DNA of 64,000 nucleotides from Bacteroidetes bacterium UBA1941 (GCA_002336805.1 DDEZ01000011.1:130228-194227), one strand, 5' to 3'. Positions 9,497 to 19,847 are shown, numbered from the stretch's first letter. Notes: a model not told the origin generated them from the sequence alone. Made by a program: numbers and translations.

Positions 9497-10426
9497 CTAT
9501 TCCTCCCAGTGCTTATAGTTGGCCTTGTAGTCTGCCATCATGGTGAGGTAGTTGATGTATCTTTCTTCTGCTATATGGCCGTCCAGGTAGGCCTGCTTTA
9601 CGGCGCAGCCGGGCTCATTGTCGTGCATACAGTTATTGAACCGGCACTGAGGTATGTACGGCCGCATCTCTACAAAGTAGTGGCTGATCTGCTCCGGAAG
9701 GAAATGCATGAGGCCAAACTCCCTCACCCCCGGTGTATCTATGATGCGCCCGCCAAAAGCCGTAAAATGCATTTCAGCAAAAGTGGTCGTATGCATTCCT
9801 TTGCCGGTGATGCGTGATATATCAGTGGTGCGGAGATCCAGCGCAGGGTCGAGCTTATTGAGCAGGGATGATTTGCCCACGCCGGAGTGGCCGGCTACCA
9901 GGGTGGTTTTGCCCGTGAGCAGCTCTTTGAGCTCCTCTATACCCTGCCCGGTATAGGTAGATACGAGGTGGACAGGATATCCTATGTGGGTATAGATATC
10001 GGTAGTGTATTGCTGCTTTTTCAGCCCCTTGGGGTCGAGTATGTCCTGTTTGTTAAAAATAATATGGGTGGGGATGTGATAGGCCTCTGCAGTGAGCAGG
10101 AAGCGGTCTATGAACCCTGTCGAGGTCCGCGGATTGGCCATGGTCACGATCAGGAGGCACTGATCCAGATTGGCGGCCAGTATCTGGCGGGCTCCCTTGT
10201 GTTTGGGCGAGGCGCGTACGATATAGTTTTGGCGCTCGGCTATGGCGGTGATCATCCAGTCGCCGTCCTCACTGCTCACTGTGACGCGGTCTCCTACGGT
10301 CACAGGGTTGGTATCGCGCGTCTCATCCAGGCGAAACACCCCTTTGAGCCGGCAGGATATGGTCTCACCCTGGTCCGTGCGGACCTCATACCAGCTACCT
10401 GTGGATCTGATCACTACTCCTGTCAT
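9497..10426 (-). CDS. rsgA: Ribosome small-subunit-dependent GTPase A
   Basis: Circularly permuted GTPase motifs (NKQD, GHSGVGKSSL, DTPG) and a C-terminal zinc-finger Cys/His cluster. The ATG at 10426 is preferred over the TTG at 10435 because a -7 box overlaps the TTG. Confidence 0.9.
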   Translation of the reverse strand: MTGVVIRSTGSWYEVRTDQGETISCRLKGVFRLDETRDTNPVTVGDRVTVSSEDGDWMITAIAERQNYIVRASPKHKGARQILAANLDQCLLIVTMANPRTSTGFIDRFLLTAEAYHIPTHIIFNKQDILDPKGLKKQQYTTDIYTHIGYPVHLVSTYTGQGIEELKELLTGKTTLVAGHSGVGKSSLLNKLDPALDLRTTDISRITGKGMHTTTFAEMHFTAFGGRIIDTPGVREFGLMHFLPEQISHYFVEMRPYIPQCRFNNCMHDNEPGCAVKQAYLDGHIAEERYINYLTMMADYKANYKHWEE

Positions 10427-10432
10427 AGGGGC

Positions 10433-10440
10433 CAAAGATA
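10433..10440 (-). promoter_or_regulatory. Bacteroidota-type -7 promoter box
   Basis: Exact TATCTTTG on the minus strand, 6 nt upstream of the rsgA ATG (10426). Confidence 0.4.
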
Positions 10441-10572
10441 TTCAAATAGCGTCAGCGTCCATACCACCCCTGTGGCCTTATCAACGTCTTATATATAGTG
10501 TTGATTTTTCCACGGGAGCAGTTTTTTGAACTTCGCGGAAAAAGGCTAAATTTCAATTTCAATAAGCCTGAT

Positions 10573-11613
10573 ATGAAGAAACTGTACGCAGCTATGTTAC
10601 TGCTCATGAGTGGGGGTGTGTTCGCTCAGGATATACACTTCTCAGAGTGGTGGGCTACCCCAGTAGCGATGAATCCTGCCCTGACGGGCAAATTCAACGG
10701 GCTCATCAGGGCTACTTTTGCCTATCGCAACCAGTGGTTTCTCATCCCTACACTCAATCAGACCTCTCCCTATCAGACCATGCAGGCCTCAGTAGATGCC
10801 TCTATAGCCTCGGAGCGCCTGAATAATAATAAGTTTGGTGTAGGCCTGATGTTCTTTAATGATAAAGCGGGTGACGGCTCTCTTACTACCAATTCGGCTA
10901 TGGCCTCTGTGGCCTATCATCAGGCTGTAGACCGCTATGGCAAATCGCATCTCTCTTTTGGCCTCCAGGCGGGATTTGTGATGAAGCAAGTACAGTTTCA
11001 GAATCTGATCTTTGAATCGCAGCTCGACGGATTTGGGTGGAACAGGAATATCAATAGCGGCGAGGCATTTACCGGCAAGCCGATCATCTATCCCGATGTG
11101 AATGTAGGAGCGGCCTTTGCATCGCGCCCTACTGAGAAATTTGCTTATAATTTTGGTGCCTCTGTGAACCACATAGCTGCTCCGCGCGAGAGCTTCCTGG
11201 GTGATGAGAGCAATAGGATCAACCGCCGCTTCAACGTACACGGTAGCCTCGAGATCAATTCTGGATATGACAATCAGTGGACCTTTGTGCCGACCTTCCT
11301 CTTTATGATGCAGGGACAGGCGCAGCAGTACAACTTTGGCCTGGGGGTCAACTATCAGACTGCCAATGAGCATGTGGGAGTATTCGGTGGCGCTTTTGGC
11401 CGTGCCAATAGCAAAGCTAAATTTGATGCAGCTATACTGAATGTAGGTGTAGATGTATATAGCGCCCGTATAGGTGTGGCATACGATATCAATATCTCAG
11501 GACTGAGCGGTGCGAGCAAATCACAAGGTGCGCTCGAAGCTTCTATCGTATACATATTCAAGCGTCAGAAAGACGAGTGGATACAGTATCCGATGTACTG
11601 TCCTAAGTTCTGA
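10573..11613 (+). CDS. PorP/SprF family type IX secretion system membrane protein
   Basis: Signal peptide, then QDIHFSEWW..P...NPALTG, the hallmark N-terminus of PorP/SprF beta-barrels. ATG at 10573 chosen inside the longer ORF. Confidence 0.8.
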   Translation: MKKLYAAMLLLMSGGVFAQDIHFSEWWATPVAMNPALTGKFNGLIRATFAYRNQWFLIPTLNQTSPYQTMQASVDASIASERLNNNKFGVGLMFFNDKAGDGSLTTNSAMASVAYHQAVDRYGKSHLSFGLQAGFVMKQVQFQNLIFESQLDGFGWNRNINSGEAFTGKPIIYPDVNVGAAFASRPTEKFAYNFGASVNHIAAPRESFLGDESNRINRRFNVHGSLEINSGYDNQWTFVPTFLFMMQGQAQQYNFGLGVNYQTANEHVGVFGGAFGRANSKAKFDAAILNVGVDVYSARIGVAYDINISGLSGASKSQGALEASIVYIFKRQKDEWIQYPMYCPKF

Positions 11614-11618
11614 TAATA

Positions 11619-11636
11619 GCTGCGCTTTGGCGCAGC
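11619..11636 (+). terminator. Weak stem-loop downstream of the PorP/SprF gene
   Basis: GCTGCGC-TTTG-GCGCAGC hairpin 6 nt after the stop. No T-tract, so uncertain. Confidence 0.3.
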
Positions 11637-11808
11637 AGACCTATATATCCTGCCTCTCTCAGGCCTGCCTACTCTCCTATGGCGTGCCGGGGCTGGATGA
11701 CTTTTGATCATTTCAATACCAGTGACTATGGCATCTACTTGTCCGTATTGTCACAGCGTCTACTCCGCACAGGCGGGCAGTATTTATTGCTCCAGGAGCG
11801 GTGAGGGT

Positions 11809-12672
11809 ATGGAGAAACCCGCCACCGGCACGCTGCTGATCCGAGCTCCGAAACTGGCAGAAACAGACTGGCATGTGTCCAGGCTGTCCATCAGCCGCAT
11901 GGTGAATGGAGAGGCGCGCTATAAAGTGGGTGCCCGTGACTGCACCGTGACGCCGGGCAATTTTCTGGTCATGAATCAGGGGCAGTCTTACAAGGCCTCC
12001 TTTGAGGGTAAAGAGGATGCGGAGCTGATGACAGTTGGATTCCGCCCGGGCTTTGCCGAAGGCATCTTCCAGAATCTCACCAATACAGAAGAGTGGCTGC
12101 TGGATAATCCCGCCTTTACTCCTGCGGAGCCGTTACGATTTTTTGAGAAAACGTATGAGGTAGATCCTGTGATCACGGGGGTACTACAGGAACTGCGCGC
12201 TATAGTAGGCTCAGACCATGCTGCAGCCAGGGCACCTGACCTGGAGGATAAGTACACACTGCTGATAGAGCGGCTGATGGAGATGCACTTTGATATCTAT
12301 AGTGATATACAGACCCGCGGATATGTGAAGCCATCTACAGGTGTCGAGCTATATAAGCGGATCAGCATGGCTAAAGACTACATGGATTCAAACTATACGA
12401 CTGACATCACGCTGGAAGATATTGCACAGAATTGCTTTCTATCCGTGAGCCATCTGAAGCGCCTTTTCAAGGAGTATTTCCATATCACGCCGCACCAATA
12501 TATCATACAGCGCCGGCTGGAGAAAGCAAAGACACTCCTCATACAATCTGACATGCCAGTGAGGAATATCTGCGGGGAAATAGGGTTTGAGAACACGTCT
12601 TCCTTCATCCGCCTGTTCCGGAATTCATATAATCTAACACCTTTGTCCTTCAGAGGAAGGTCTCTGGACTAA
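11809..12672 (+). CDS. AraC family transcriptional regulator
   Basis: C-terminal double HTH (SVSHLKRLFKEYFHITPHQY ... IGFENTSSFIRLFRNSYNLTP) with a cupin-like N-terminal half. Start is ambiguous (11704 TTG, 11728 ATG, 11809 ATG). Confidence 0.8.
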   Translation: MEKPATGTLLIRAPKLAETDWHVSRLSISRMVNGEARYKVGARDCTVTPGNFLVMNQGQSYKASFEGKEDAELMTVGFRPGFAEGIFQNLTNTEEWLLDNPAFTPAEPLRFFEKTYEVDPVITGVLQELRAIVGSDHAAARAPDLEDKYTLLIERLMEMHFDIYSDIQTRGYVKPSTGVELYKRISMAKDYMDSNYTTDITLEDIAQNCFLSVSHLKRLFKEYFHITPHQYIIQRRLEKAKTLLIQSDMPVRNICGEIGFENTSSFIRLFRNSYNLTPLSFRGRSLD

Positions 12673-12673
12673 G

Positions 12674-13639
12674 CTACTCCTGAAAGAGGTATACAGTACC
12701 ACCGCCACCCACTACGATACCTGAGGTAGCAGAGAACATATGTACGGCGCGAAGCCTCTCACCGGTAAAGGGTTTTACGGTTTTCCAGCTCAGGCCGCCG
12801 TCAGAGGTATGTACCATCAGGCCTGATTCTCCCACGGCGTAGCCATTGTTTTCATCTATGAAGTCTACGCCCATCAGGTGATCTACCTTGCCAAAGAAAC
12901 CATTGCCTCCCTTTACGATACGCCAGCTCTGGCCACCATCTGTACTCTTGATGATCTCGCCCTGATAGCCTACCGTATATCCGGTAGAGGTATTGACAAA
13001 TTTCATGGTTTGATAGAAGTCGCCATTCTCTTTCACCACATGATAGGTACGGCCACCATCTGTGGAGCGCACCACTGTACCGTAGCCACATACCACCACA
13101 GTGCTATCATCCAGATAGGCGCAGCCTATGAACGTATGCAGTGAGTCAAAGTAAGCCTGCCGCCAGGTATTGCCGCCATCTTCGGTATTGTAGATAGGTC
13201 CGCCCTTGTACCCCCAGCCGCAGGCAGCTACGCCACGTCGCCTGCCATAAAAGGATAACTGGTTGATAGCTATACTGCTAAAAGATAAGGTGCTAAAGGT
13301 CTGTGTGCCATCTCCCGTATAGGCCATATGGCCATAAAAACCTGCTATAAAACCTTCCTGAACGGAGAAAAAGTGCATGGTATACAGAGTAGCCTGAACT
13401 ACAGAATCAGGTACAGACCAAGAATGGCCACCATCTGCCGTACGCATAATGATACCCGATAGATAGCGTGGCCCGCCACAGATGTAGCCCACAGAGTCGT
13501 TTACAAATTTGACATCATTCAGGTCATAGGCAGTATGCGAGTCGACACGCTGTGTGTGCAGTGTCATCTCGCCTTTGTGGCAAGAGGCCAGGAGGCAAAG
13601 GAGTAAAACACTAGCGATATGTAAATGATACCTCAGCAC
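12674..13639 (-). CDS. Lipoprotein with BNR/Asp-box repeats (Ycf48-like beta-propeller)
   Basis: Lipobox LLASC. Five SxDxGxxW-type repeats (TADGGHSW, TEDGGNTW, STDGGRTY, STDGGQSW, TSDGGLSW). Confidence 0.7.
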   Translation of the reverse strand: MLRYHLHIASVLLLCLLASCHKGEMTLHTQRVDSHTAYDLNDVKFVNDSVGYICGGPRYLSGIIMRTADGGHSWSVPDSVVQATLYTMHFFSVQEGFIAGFYGHMAYTGDGTQTFSTLSFSSIAINQLSFYGRRRGVAACGWGYKGGPIYNTEDGGNTWRQAYFDSLHTFIGCAYLDDSTVVVCGYGTVVRSTDGGRTYHVVKENGDFYQTMKFVNTSTGYTVGYQGEIIKSTDGGQSWRIVKGGNGFFGKVDHLMGVDFIDENNGYAVGESGLMVHTSDGGLSWKTVKPFTGERLRAVHMFSATSGIVVGGGGTVYLFQE

Positions 13640-14817
13640 TGTGCTATCGCATTTAATATAACACTGCAGGCAAAGTCTATCTCCGCATCAGTAATGATGA
13701 GCGGTGGTCCGATACGCATAGACTGCGGGGCGAAGAGGAACCAATCTGTCAGTACACCACTGGCTATACAGGTATCTATTATCTTTTTATTCTGCTCAAA
13801 GCTGTCAAACTCCAGAGCCATCATCAGCCCTTTGCGATGCACAGACCTGATGAGCGGGTGCTTGAGCTTTGACTCAAATAGCTGGCCTTTGCGCTCCACA
13901 TCATCTATGAGCTTTTCATCCTGCAAGACCTGTAGCGCAGCCAGGCCAGCAGCGCAGCTCACAGGATGCCCGCCAAAGGTCGTGATGTGCCCCAGCACCG
14001 GATTGTCAGTCAGATCATGCATGATACGCCTGTCTGCTATAAAGGCCCCCAAGGGCATACCTCCGCCAAAAGCCTTTGCCAGCAATAGTATGTCAGGGAT
14101 GATACCATACTGCTCAAAAGTGAACATCGACCCGCACCGCCCAAAGGCTGTCTGTATCTCATCTACTATGAGCAGTGCGCCAGTCTCAGCACAGCGCTGT
14201 CGTAGCGCCTGCATATAAGCTGCAGATGGGATGGTGACCCCGGACTCTGCCTGCACAGGATCTATGACCACGGCAGCGGTGTGAGATGATATCTGCTGCA
14301 GGTCATCCATATGTCCATACTGCAGCTCCAGTACATCCGGTAGCAGCGGGCGAAAGGCCCTCTTGAAATATTCATCGCCTATCAGACTCAGTGCACCCTG
14401 AGTAGAGCCGTGATAGGAGTTTTTGAAATGAACGAATTGTGTCCGGCTCGTGTGGCGCTTGGCCAGCTTCATAGCGCCCTCTACTGCCTCCGCGCCGGAG
14501 TTGGTAAAGTAAACCGAATCCAGAGACGCTGGCAGGATATCAGTCAGCGCCTTGGCAAAGGCTGTCTGCGGCGATGCTACAAACTCACCATATACCATCA
14601 GGTGCATATATTTTGCGGCCTGATCCTGTACTGCCTTTACGATACGCGGATGAGAGTGGCCCAGGCTGCTGACGCTGATGCCTGATATCAAGTCCAGATA
14701 CCTACGGCCCTCAGGACCATACATATACACGCCCTCTGCCCGCTCTATCTCTATCAGGAGCGGGGCGGTACTGGTCTGGGCCACATGCTGCAGGAAGACC
14801 TGTCTGGGTGTAAGCAT
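13633..14817 (-). CDS. Class III PLP-dependent aminotransferase (acetylornithine/GABA aminotransferase family)
   Basis: 394 aa. Has LGHSHP, DEIQT.FGR.G and LLAKAFGGGMPLGA (PLP lysine) motifs. Confidence 0.85.
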   Translation of the reverse strand: MLTPRQVFLQHVAQTSTAPLLIEIERAEGVYMYGPEGRRYLDLISGISVSSLGHSHPRIVKAVQDQAAKYMHLMVYGEFVASPQTAFAKALTDILPASLDSVYFTNSGAEAVEGAMKLAKRHTSRTQFVHFKNSYHGSTQGALSLIGDEYFKRAFRPLLPDVLELQYGHMDDLQQISSHTAAVVIDPVQAESGVTIPSAAYMQALRQRCAETGALLIVDEIQTAFGRCGSMFTFEQYGIIPDILLLAKAFGGGMPLGAFIADRRIMHDLTDNPVLGHITTFGGHPVSCAAGLAALQVLQDEKLIDDVERKGQLFESKLKHPLIRSVHRKGLMMALEFDSFEQNKKIIDTCIASGVLTDWFLFAPQSMRIGPPLIITDAEIDFACSVILNAIAQC

Positions 14818-14961
14818 GTGATAAATATAGGAAAAGACGTGCTGACGGGTCAGCGTTTCGGTGGTGATTTCATCCGCTCCGGCCTCAAACTATCCACACG
14901 CAGGCAGCTACCATTCCACAGGTGGCCAAATTTTCCTTGCTTTGCATCGTCCACTTAGTGT

Positions 14962-16101
14962 ATGAAATATTTCTCCGCAGGGTTTTACTATGTCCGCTAC
15001 CGTATCCTGGGGCAGATCATATCCTATACCTACCGCAAGTTTAGCCTTAAGGTCTGGTTGCTTTCTATCTTTTTCATATTCATGTTCTTTCTCAATCAGC
15101 TGGGGCATATCCTGTTCAGGCTTATTGACGAGATCTTTTATCGTGGCTACCGCAAGGTACAGATCAAGCAGCCCGTCTTTATCATAGCCAATCCACGCAG
15201 CGGTACTACCTATCTGCACCGCCTGATCAGCATGGATGACCGGCGTTTTGCTTATACCAAGTTTGCACATACCTTCTTTATGACGGCCTCCTTTACCAAA
15301 CTGGCAAATCTGGTACAGTGGGTAGACCGCCACGCAGGCCGCTTCATCAGCCGCACCCTCAATAAACTGGATGATATTTTCTGGGGTGGATGGGATGATA
15401 TACATGCCATGGGATTCAATAAGGCTGAGGAGGATGAACTCATTTTTGCTCAGATGATGATGAGCATCGGTGCCTTCATTCCCTTCCCGTATTACGATGT
15501 GATACATGGCAATAAGTTTCTGGACCGCGAGCCAAAGCATGTGCGCCGCAATGTGATGGACTTTTACGAAAGCAGTGTGAAGCGATTTATGCATGCAGCA
15601 GGGCAGGACCGGACCTACATGGCCAAGAATGTGATGAGTACCGGCCGCTTCCAGTCGCTGCTGGAGCGTTTTCCCGATGCTAAGATCATCTATATCGCCC
15701 GCCATCCATACGAGGCGCTGCCATCTATGACGAGTATGTTCTCAGTCATGTATGGCAAATCTATCCCGGACAATGATCCCCGCAGGCTGGCCTTTGCAGA
15801 GCTGGGCATACAGTTTTACCTCTACCTGGCTGAGATGCGCAAGGTGATACCTGCATCGCAGTTTATCGCCCTGAAATACGACGACCTGGTAGACCATCCC
15901 AAAGACACTGTACTAAAAGTATACGAGCATTTCAACTGGCAGGTCTCTGACCAGTTTATAGCTGCGCTGGAGAAGGAAGAGCGCCGCCAAAAGAACTACC
16001 AGTCAAACCACGACTACAGCCTGGAGAAATATAGCCTGAGCAAAGAGTACATCTATGAGCAGCTCTTTGAGGTCTTCCACGAGTTTGGCTTTGAGAAATA
16101 A
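14962..16101 (+). CDS. PAPS-dependent sulfotransferase family protein
   Basis: 5'-PSB loop PRSGTTYLHRL and 3'-PB motif IARHPYEALPS. 379 aa. Confidence 0.7.
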   Translation: MKYFSAGFYYVRYRILGQIISYTYRKFSLKVWLLSIFFIFMFFLNQLGHILFRLIDEIFYRGYRKVQIKQPVFIIANPRSGTTYLHRLISMDDRRFAYTKFAHTFFMTASFTKLANLVQWVDRHAGRFISRTLNKLDDIFWGGWDDIHAMGFNKAEEDELIFAQMMMSIGAFIPFPYYDVIHGNKFLDREPKHVRRNVMDFYESSVKRFMHAAGQDRTYMAKNVMSTGRFQSLLERFPDAKIIYIARHPYEALPSMTSMFSVMYGKSIPDNDPRRLAFAELGIQFYLYLAEMRKVIPASQFIALKYDDLVDHPKDTVLKVYEHFNWQVSDQFIAALEKEERRQKNYQSNHDYSLEKYSLSKEYIYEQLFEVFHEFGFEK

Positions 16102-16103
16102 GG

Positions 16104-16922
16104 TCAGCCGTTCCGGTTGATCGTGATCGTAGCGGGGATCGGTGCCTGTATATTGTTTTCCCTGATTGCTATATTGACTGCCTCCTGCACCTCAGACATC
16201 ATAGATGCCAGGTCTGACGCCATGGCGTAGGGCTTGACAGCCAAGGTGATGCCACCACTTATCTGCACTACGTCTACAGTGGCAGCAGGAGTCTTGAGTA
16301 CTTTAGGATTTGCATTGACTGCAGCCAGGATCACTGAGCGTACGCGCGCCAGATCACTATCTCCCGTCACTACTACCTGAAATTCGCCTCGCAGATTTCC
16401 AAACCGTGATTGATTGACGATCGTGCCATTAGACACTGCACCGTTGGGTAGTATGACTGTTTTGTTATTGCCCGTTAACAGGATGGTATTGAATATCTGT
16501 ATCTCGGTCACTGTACCGGTCTGGCCTTGTGCCTCGATGGTATCTCCCACTTTGTATGGTTTGAATATGAGGATGAGGACGCCTCCGGCGAAATTGCTCA
16601 GGGAGCCCTGCAGGGCCAGACCTACGGCCAGGCCTGCTGCGCCCATCACGGCTACGAGAGAGGTGGTCTGTATGCCGAGTATCTCTGCTACGGTGATGAG
16701 CAGAAAAATTTTCAAACCAATATTGATCAGGCTGGAGAGGAAAGACTGGAGGGAGGAGTCCAGTTTCTCGCGGTGCATGGCTTTAGCGATCAGTTTGGAC
16801 AGCCGGTTCACCACCCATAGGCCTACCACAAAAAAGATAAGAGCAGCTATCAGCCGCGGTGTATAATGCATAAAGCGATCGCCGAGAGAGACCAGGTATG
16901 GCTCTATTTTTCTTTCGTACAT
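16104..16922 (-). CDS. Small-conductance mechanosensitive channel (MscS family)
   Basis: Three TM helices followed by the conserved beta domain (KPYKVGDTIEAQGQTGTVTEIQIFNT...LPNG). Confidence 0.85.
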   Translation of the reverse strand: MYERKIEPYLVSLGDRFMHYTPRLIAALIFFVVGLWVVNRLSKLIAKAMHREKLDSSLQSFLSSLINIGLKIFLLITVAEILGIQTTSLVAVMGAAGLAVGLALQGSLSNFAGGVLILIFKPYKVGDTIEAQGQTGTVTEIQIFNTILLTGNNKTVILPNGAVSNGTIVNQSRFGNLRGEFQVVVTGDSDLARVRSVILAAVNANPKVLKTPAATVDVVQISGGITLAVKPYAMASDLASMMSEVQEAVNIAIRENNIQAPIPATITINRNG

Positions 16923-16952
16923 GATGTGTGAGATGTTTGGAGGATGATACTA

Positions 16953-18611
16953 TCAAATATCAAGCCCGTATTTACGCGAGGTAGCCTTGGCTATCTCATA
17001 GCCGGCATCGGCATGGCGTATCACGCCCATAGCAGGGTCATTGTGCAGGACGCGGCCCAGGCGACGCTGAGCGTCCTCAGTGCCATCAGCCACTATCACC
17101 ATGCCCGCGTGCAGAGAGTAGCCCATACCTACGCCACCACCGTGGTGGAAGCTGACCCAGCTGGCACCACCGGCAGTATTGATCAGCGCATTCAGTATAG
17201 GCCAGTCTGCTATCGCGTCAGAGCCATCCATCATTGCTTCCGTTTCCCGGTTAGGCGACGCTACGGAGCCTGTATCGAGGTGGTCCCTGCCTATCACGAT
17301 AGGGGCCTTGACTTTACCTTCTTTTACCAGCTGATTGAATGCCAGACCTGCTATCTCTCTATCTCCCATACCCAGCCAGCAGATGCGCGCAGGCAGGCCT
17401 TGGAAAGCGATCTTCTCCTGCGCCATATCGAGCCAGCGGAGCAGGCCTGTATTATCAGGAAAAAGTTCTTTCAGTTTAGCGTCGCAGACGGCGATATCAG
17501 CGGGGTCTCCGCTCAGCGCTACGAAGCGGAACGGCCCCTTGCCCTCGCAGAAGAGCGGACGGATATATGCCGGCACGAAGCCCGGGAAATCAAATGCATT
17601 CTGCACGCCGCGCTTGTCTTTGGCCTGGCCGCGCAGGTTATTGCCATAGTCAAAGGTGATGGCGCCGCGCTCCTGTAGCTCCAGCATCTGGCGCACGTGG
17701 CGCGCCATGGTATCCAGTGAGCGGCGCTTGTACTCCTCCGGATCACTGTCGCGCAGTACGCGTGCCTGCTCTACACTGAGCCCCTCAGGGAAGTATCCTA
17801 TCAGCTCATCATGTGCAGATGTCTGATCAGTGAGTGTGTCCGGAGTGATATTGCGGTCCAGCATTCTTTGCAGCAGGTCTACGACGTTGCAGAGTACGCC
17901 TATAGATACAGCCTCTCCGTTTTTCTTTGCCTCCAGGGAGCGGTCTATAGCCTGATCTATGTCCGCGTAGTACTCATCCAGGTATCGCGTCTCTATACGC
18001 TTCTTGATACGCCACTCCTCCATCTCTGCTATGAGGGCCACGCCTTCATTCATAGTGATGGCCAGCGGCTGTGCGCCACCCATACCACCCAGGCCGGCGG
18101 TCACATTGAGCGTGCCCTTGAGTGTATTATTATAATGCTGCGCTGCGAGGGACAGGTATGTCTCATACGTACCCTGCACGATGCCCTGCGTACCGATGTA
18201 GATCCATGAGCCGGCAGTCATCTGGCCATACATGATGAGGCCTTTCTTTTCCAGCTCGCGAAAGTGCTCCCATGTAGCCCACTTGCCCACGAGATTAGAG
18301 TTGGCTATCAGTACGCGTGGTGCATCCTTGTGTGAGCGCAGGATGCCTACAGGCTTGCCACTCTGCACCAGCAGTGTTTCATCTTCTTCCAGGTTTTGCA
18401 GACATGATATGATCTTGTCAAATGCCTCCCAGGTACGTGCTGCTTTGCCTATTCCACCATATACGATCAGGTCCTCCGGGCGCTCGGCCACCTCCGGGTC
18501 GAGGTTATTGCAGAGCATGCGGAGGGCGGCCTCCTGTACCCATCCTTTGCAGGTGAGTGTAGTGCCGCGTGGAGCGATTATGATCCTTTTATCCCTAGTA
18601 GTAGCAGACAT
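16953..18611 (-). CDS. hutU: Urocanate hydratase
   Basis: 552 aa, collinear with HutU ([37 protein letters not shown] etc.). Confidence 0.95.
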   Translation of the reverse strand: MSATTRDKRIIIAPRGTTLTCKGWVQEAALRMLCNNLDPEVAERPEDLIVYGGIGKAARTWEAFDKIISCLQNLEEDETLLVQSGKPVGILRSHKDAPRVLIANSNLVGKWATWEHFRELEKKGLIMYGQMTAGSWIYIGTQGIVQGTYETYLSLAAQHYNNTLKGTLNVTAGLGGMGGAQPLAITMNEGVALIAEMEEWRIKKRIETRYLDEYYADIDQAIDRSLEAKKNGEAVSIGVLCNVVDLLQRMLDRNITPDTLTDQTSAHDELIGYFPEGLSVEQARVLRDSDPEEYKRRSLDTMARHVRQMLELQERGAITFDYGNNLRGQAKDKRGVQNAFDFPGFVPAYIRPLFCEGKGPFRFVALSGDPADIAVCDAKLKELFPDNTGLLRWLDMAQEKIAFQGLPARICWLGMGDREIAGLAFNQLVKEGKVKAPIVIGRDHLDTGSVASPNRETEAMMDGSDAIADWPILNALINTAGGASWVSFHHGGGVGMGYSLHAGMVIVADGTEDAQRRLGRVLHNDPAMGVIRHADAGYEIAKATSRKYGLDI

Positions 18612-18671
18612 GATTTCGATTTTATTGATGCAAAATATAAAACTTAAACAAAGAGCCTGATTTAGAGTTTG

Positions 18672-18687
18672 TTGCTTTTAAAAGCAA
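18672..18687. promoter_or_regulatory. Perfect 16-bp palindrome, candidate operator
   Basis: TTGCTTTTAAAAGCAA is its own reverse complement. Lies in the divergent region between hutU and the response regulator/bphO/bphP operon. Confidence 0.3.
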
Positions 18688-18711
18688 TTTATTCCCCATA
18701 TTGGGAAATTG

Positions 18712-18719
18712 TATTTTTG
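18712..18719 (+). promoter_or_regulatory. Bacteroidota-type -7 promoter box
   Basis: Exact TATTTTTG, 71 nt upstream of the response-regulator ATG. A TTTA lies about 20 nt further upstream as a possible -33 element. Confidence 0.3.
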
Positions 18720-18790
18720 ATTGACCGAAGGAAAAGGTGCAAATACCAAGTACTTTGCGCTTTTGACGGTGATTATGAGTAAATTACATC

Positions 18791-19228
18791 ATGAAAAGTA
18801 ATAAGCATATCTTCTACGCTGATGATGATCTGGATGATCAGGAATTGTTCAAAGAGGCAATAGAAGAAATAGATGGAACCCTTGACCTGCATATACGCAA
18901 TGACGGACGTGAACTGATAAGTCTGATACAGAGTCCACCTCCTGCGCCTGACGTCATCTTTCTCGACCTAAATATGCCTATGATGAATGGGTACCAGACG
19001 CTCACTGAGATCAGAAATAATAGTAAGACACAAGATATACCAGTCATCATCTTCTCTACTTCTGATGATGAGAAGGCCATCAATCTATCTCGCGAGCTTG
19101 GTGCAAATCTCTATGTGCCGAAGCCCACTAGCTACAAGGAAATAAGAAATGCCATCAGGCATAGCCTGGGTATAGATTGGTCCAGTTTTCGCACGGATGA
19201 TGCAAATTTTGTTTTCAGAGCTTCATAA
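18791..19228 (+). CDS. Single-domain response regulator (receiver only)
   Basis: 145 aa. Acidic pocket DDDLDD, phospho-acceptor in FLDLNMP, conserved T/S (FSTS) and K (VPKP). Confidence 0.85.
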   Translation: MKSNKHIFYADDDLDDQELFKEAIEEIDGTLDLHIRNDGRELISLIQSPPPAPDVIFLDLNMPMMNGYQTLTEIRNNSKTQDIPVIIFSTSDDEKAINLSRELGANLYVPKPTSYKEIRNAIRHSLGIDWSSFRTDDANFVFRAS

Positions 19229-19231
19229 TTT

Positions 19232-19846
19232 ATGACTGAATCCCACAGCAATACGCAACCGACCGCTACTGACTCCTTTCTGAAAAATCTACGATCTGCC
19301 ACAGGCCCCATGCATAGTGCACTGGAGGCAAATCCTGTGTCAGCATCACTGATGGCTCCGGATCTAAGCCGTGCTACCTACAGGCGCTACCTGACACTGA
19401 TGGGAGAGGTCATATCCTTTACGGAGAAAACCATCTTCCCCGCAGTGAAGGATATCATACCGGATATAGACCAGCGCCTCAAGTCAGACCATATACATGC
19501 GGACCTCGCTGCGCTGCAGGACGCACCAGCTGATAGCCCCGCCATATTTCATCCGGATGAAAAGGAATTCAGCCTGCCCTTTGCCATGGGCTATATGTAT
19601 GTGATAGAGGGTTCTACGCTGGGCGGCCGTGTCATACTAAAACATGTACAGGACAAGCTAGGCCTGAGCGAAGATCAAGGTGTAGCCTTCTTTGCCGGGT
19701 ATGGTACAGAGACAGGTATGAGATGGAAAAACTTTTTATCAAACCTAACCAACTATGCAGAGCAGAGTGGCAGTGGCGATGAGATAATAAAGGGTGCCCA
19801 GCACGCCTTTGCTGCTATTGACCGCTACTTTGCGGCTAATAGCTAG
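19232..19846 (+). CDS. bphO: Biliverdin-producing heme oxygenase
   Basis: 204 aa with a HemO/BphO-like helical pattern (ATGPMHSALE..., YVIEGSTLGG). Sits directly upstream of a bacteriophytochrome. Confidence 0.8.
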   Translation: MTESHSNTQPTATDSFLKNLRSATGPMHSALEANPVSASLMAPDLSRATYRRYLTLMGEVISFTEKTIFPAVKDIIPDIDQRLKSDHIHADLAALQDAPADSPAIFHPDEKEFSLPFAMGYMYVIEGSTLGGRVILKHVQDKLGLSEDQGVAFFAGYGTETGMRWKNFLSNLTNYAEQSGSGDEIIKGAQHAFAAIDRYFAANS

Positions 19847-19847
19847 A

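Noticed and set aside
14908-15705. 265-aa minus-strand ORF overlapping the 5' half of the sulfotransferase gene
   Set aside because: It has no motifs or signal features. The plus frame carries both PAPS-binding motifs, so this is judged a shadow ORF.
16953-18611. hutU present without adjacent hutH, hutI or hutG
   Set aside because: Scattered hut genes are common, and the window is too small to call the pathway incomplete. Not pursued.
16944-18660. Several long plus-strand ORFs (for example 16944-17678, 17811-18209 and 18232-18660) antisense to hutU
   Set aside because: The minus-strand product is unmistakably urocanate hydratase over its full length. The antisense ORFs have no recognisable motifs and show the Arg/Ser/Ala-rich composition typical of shadow frames.
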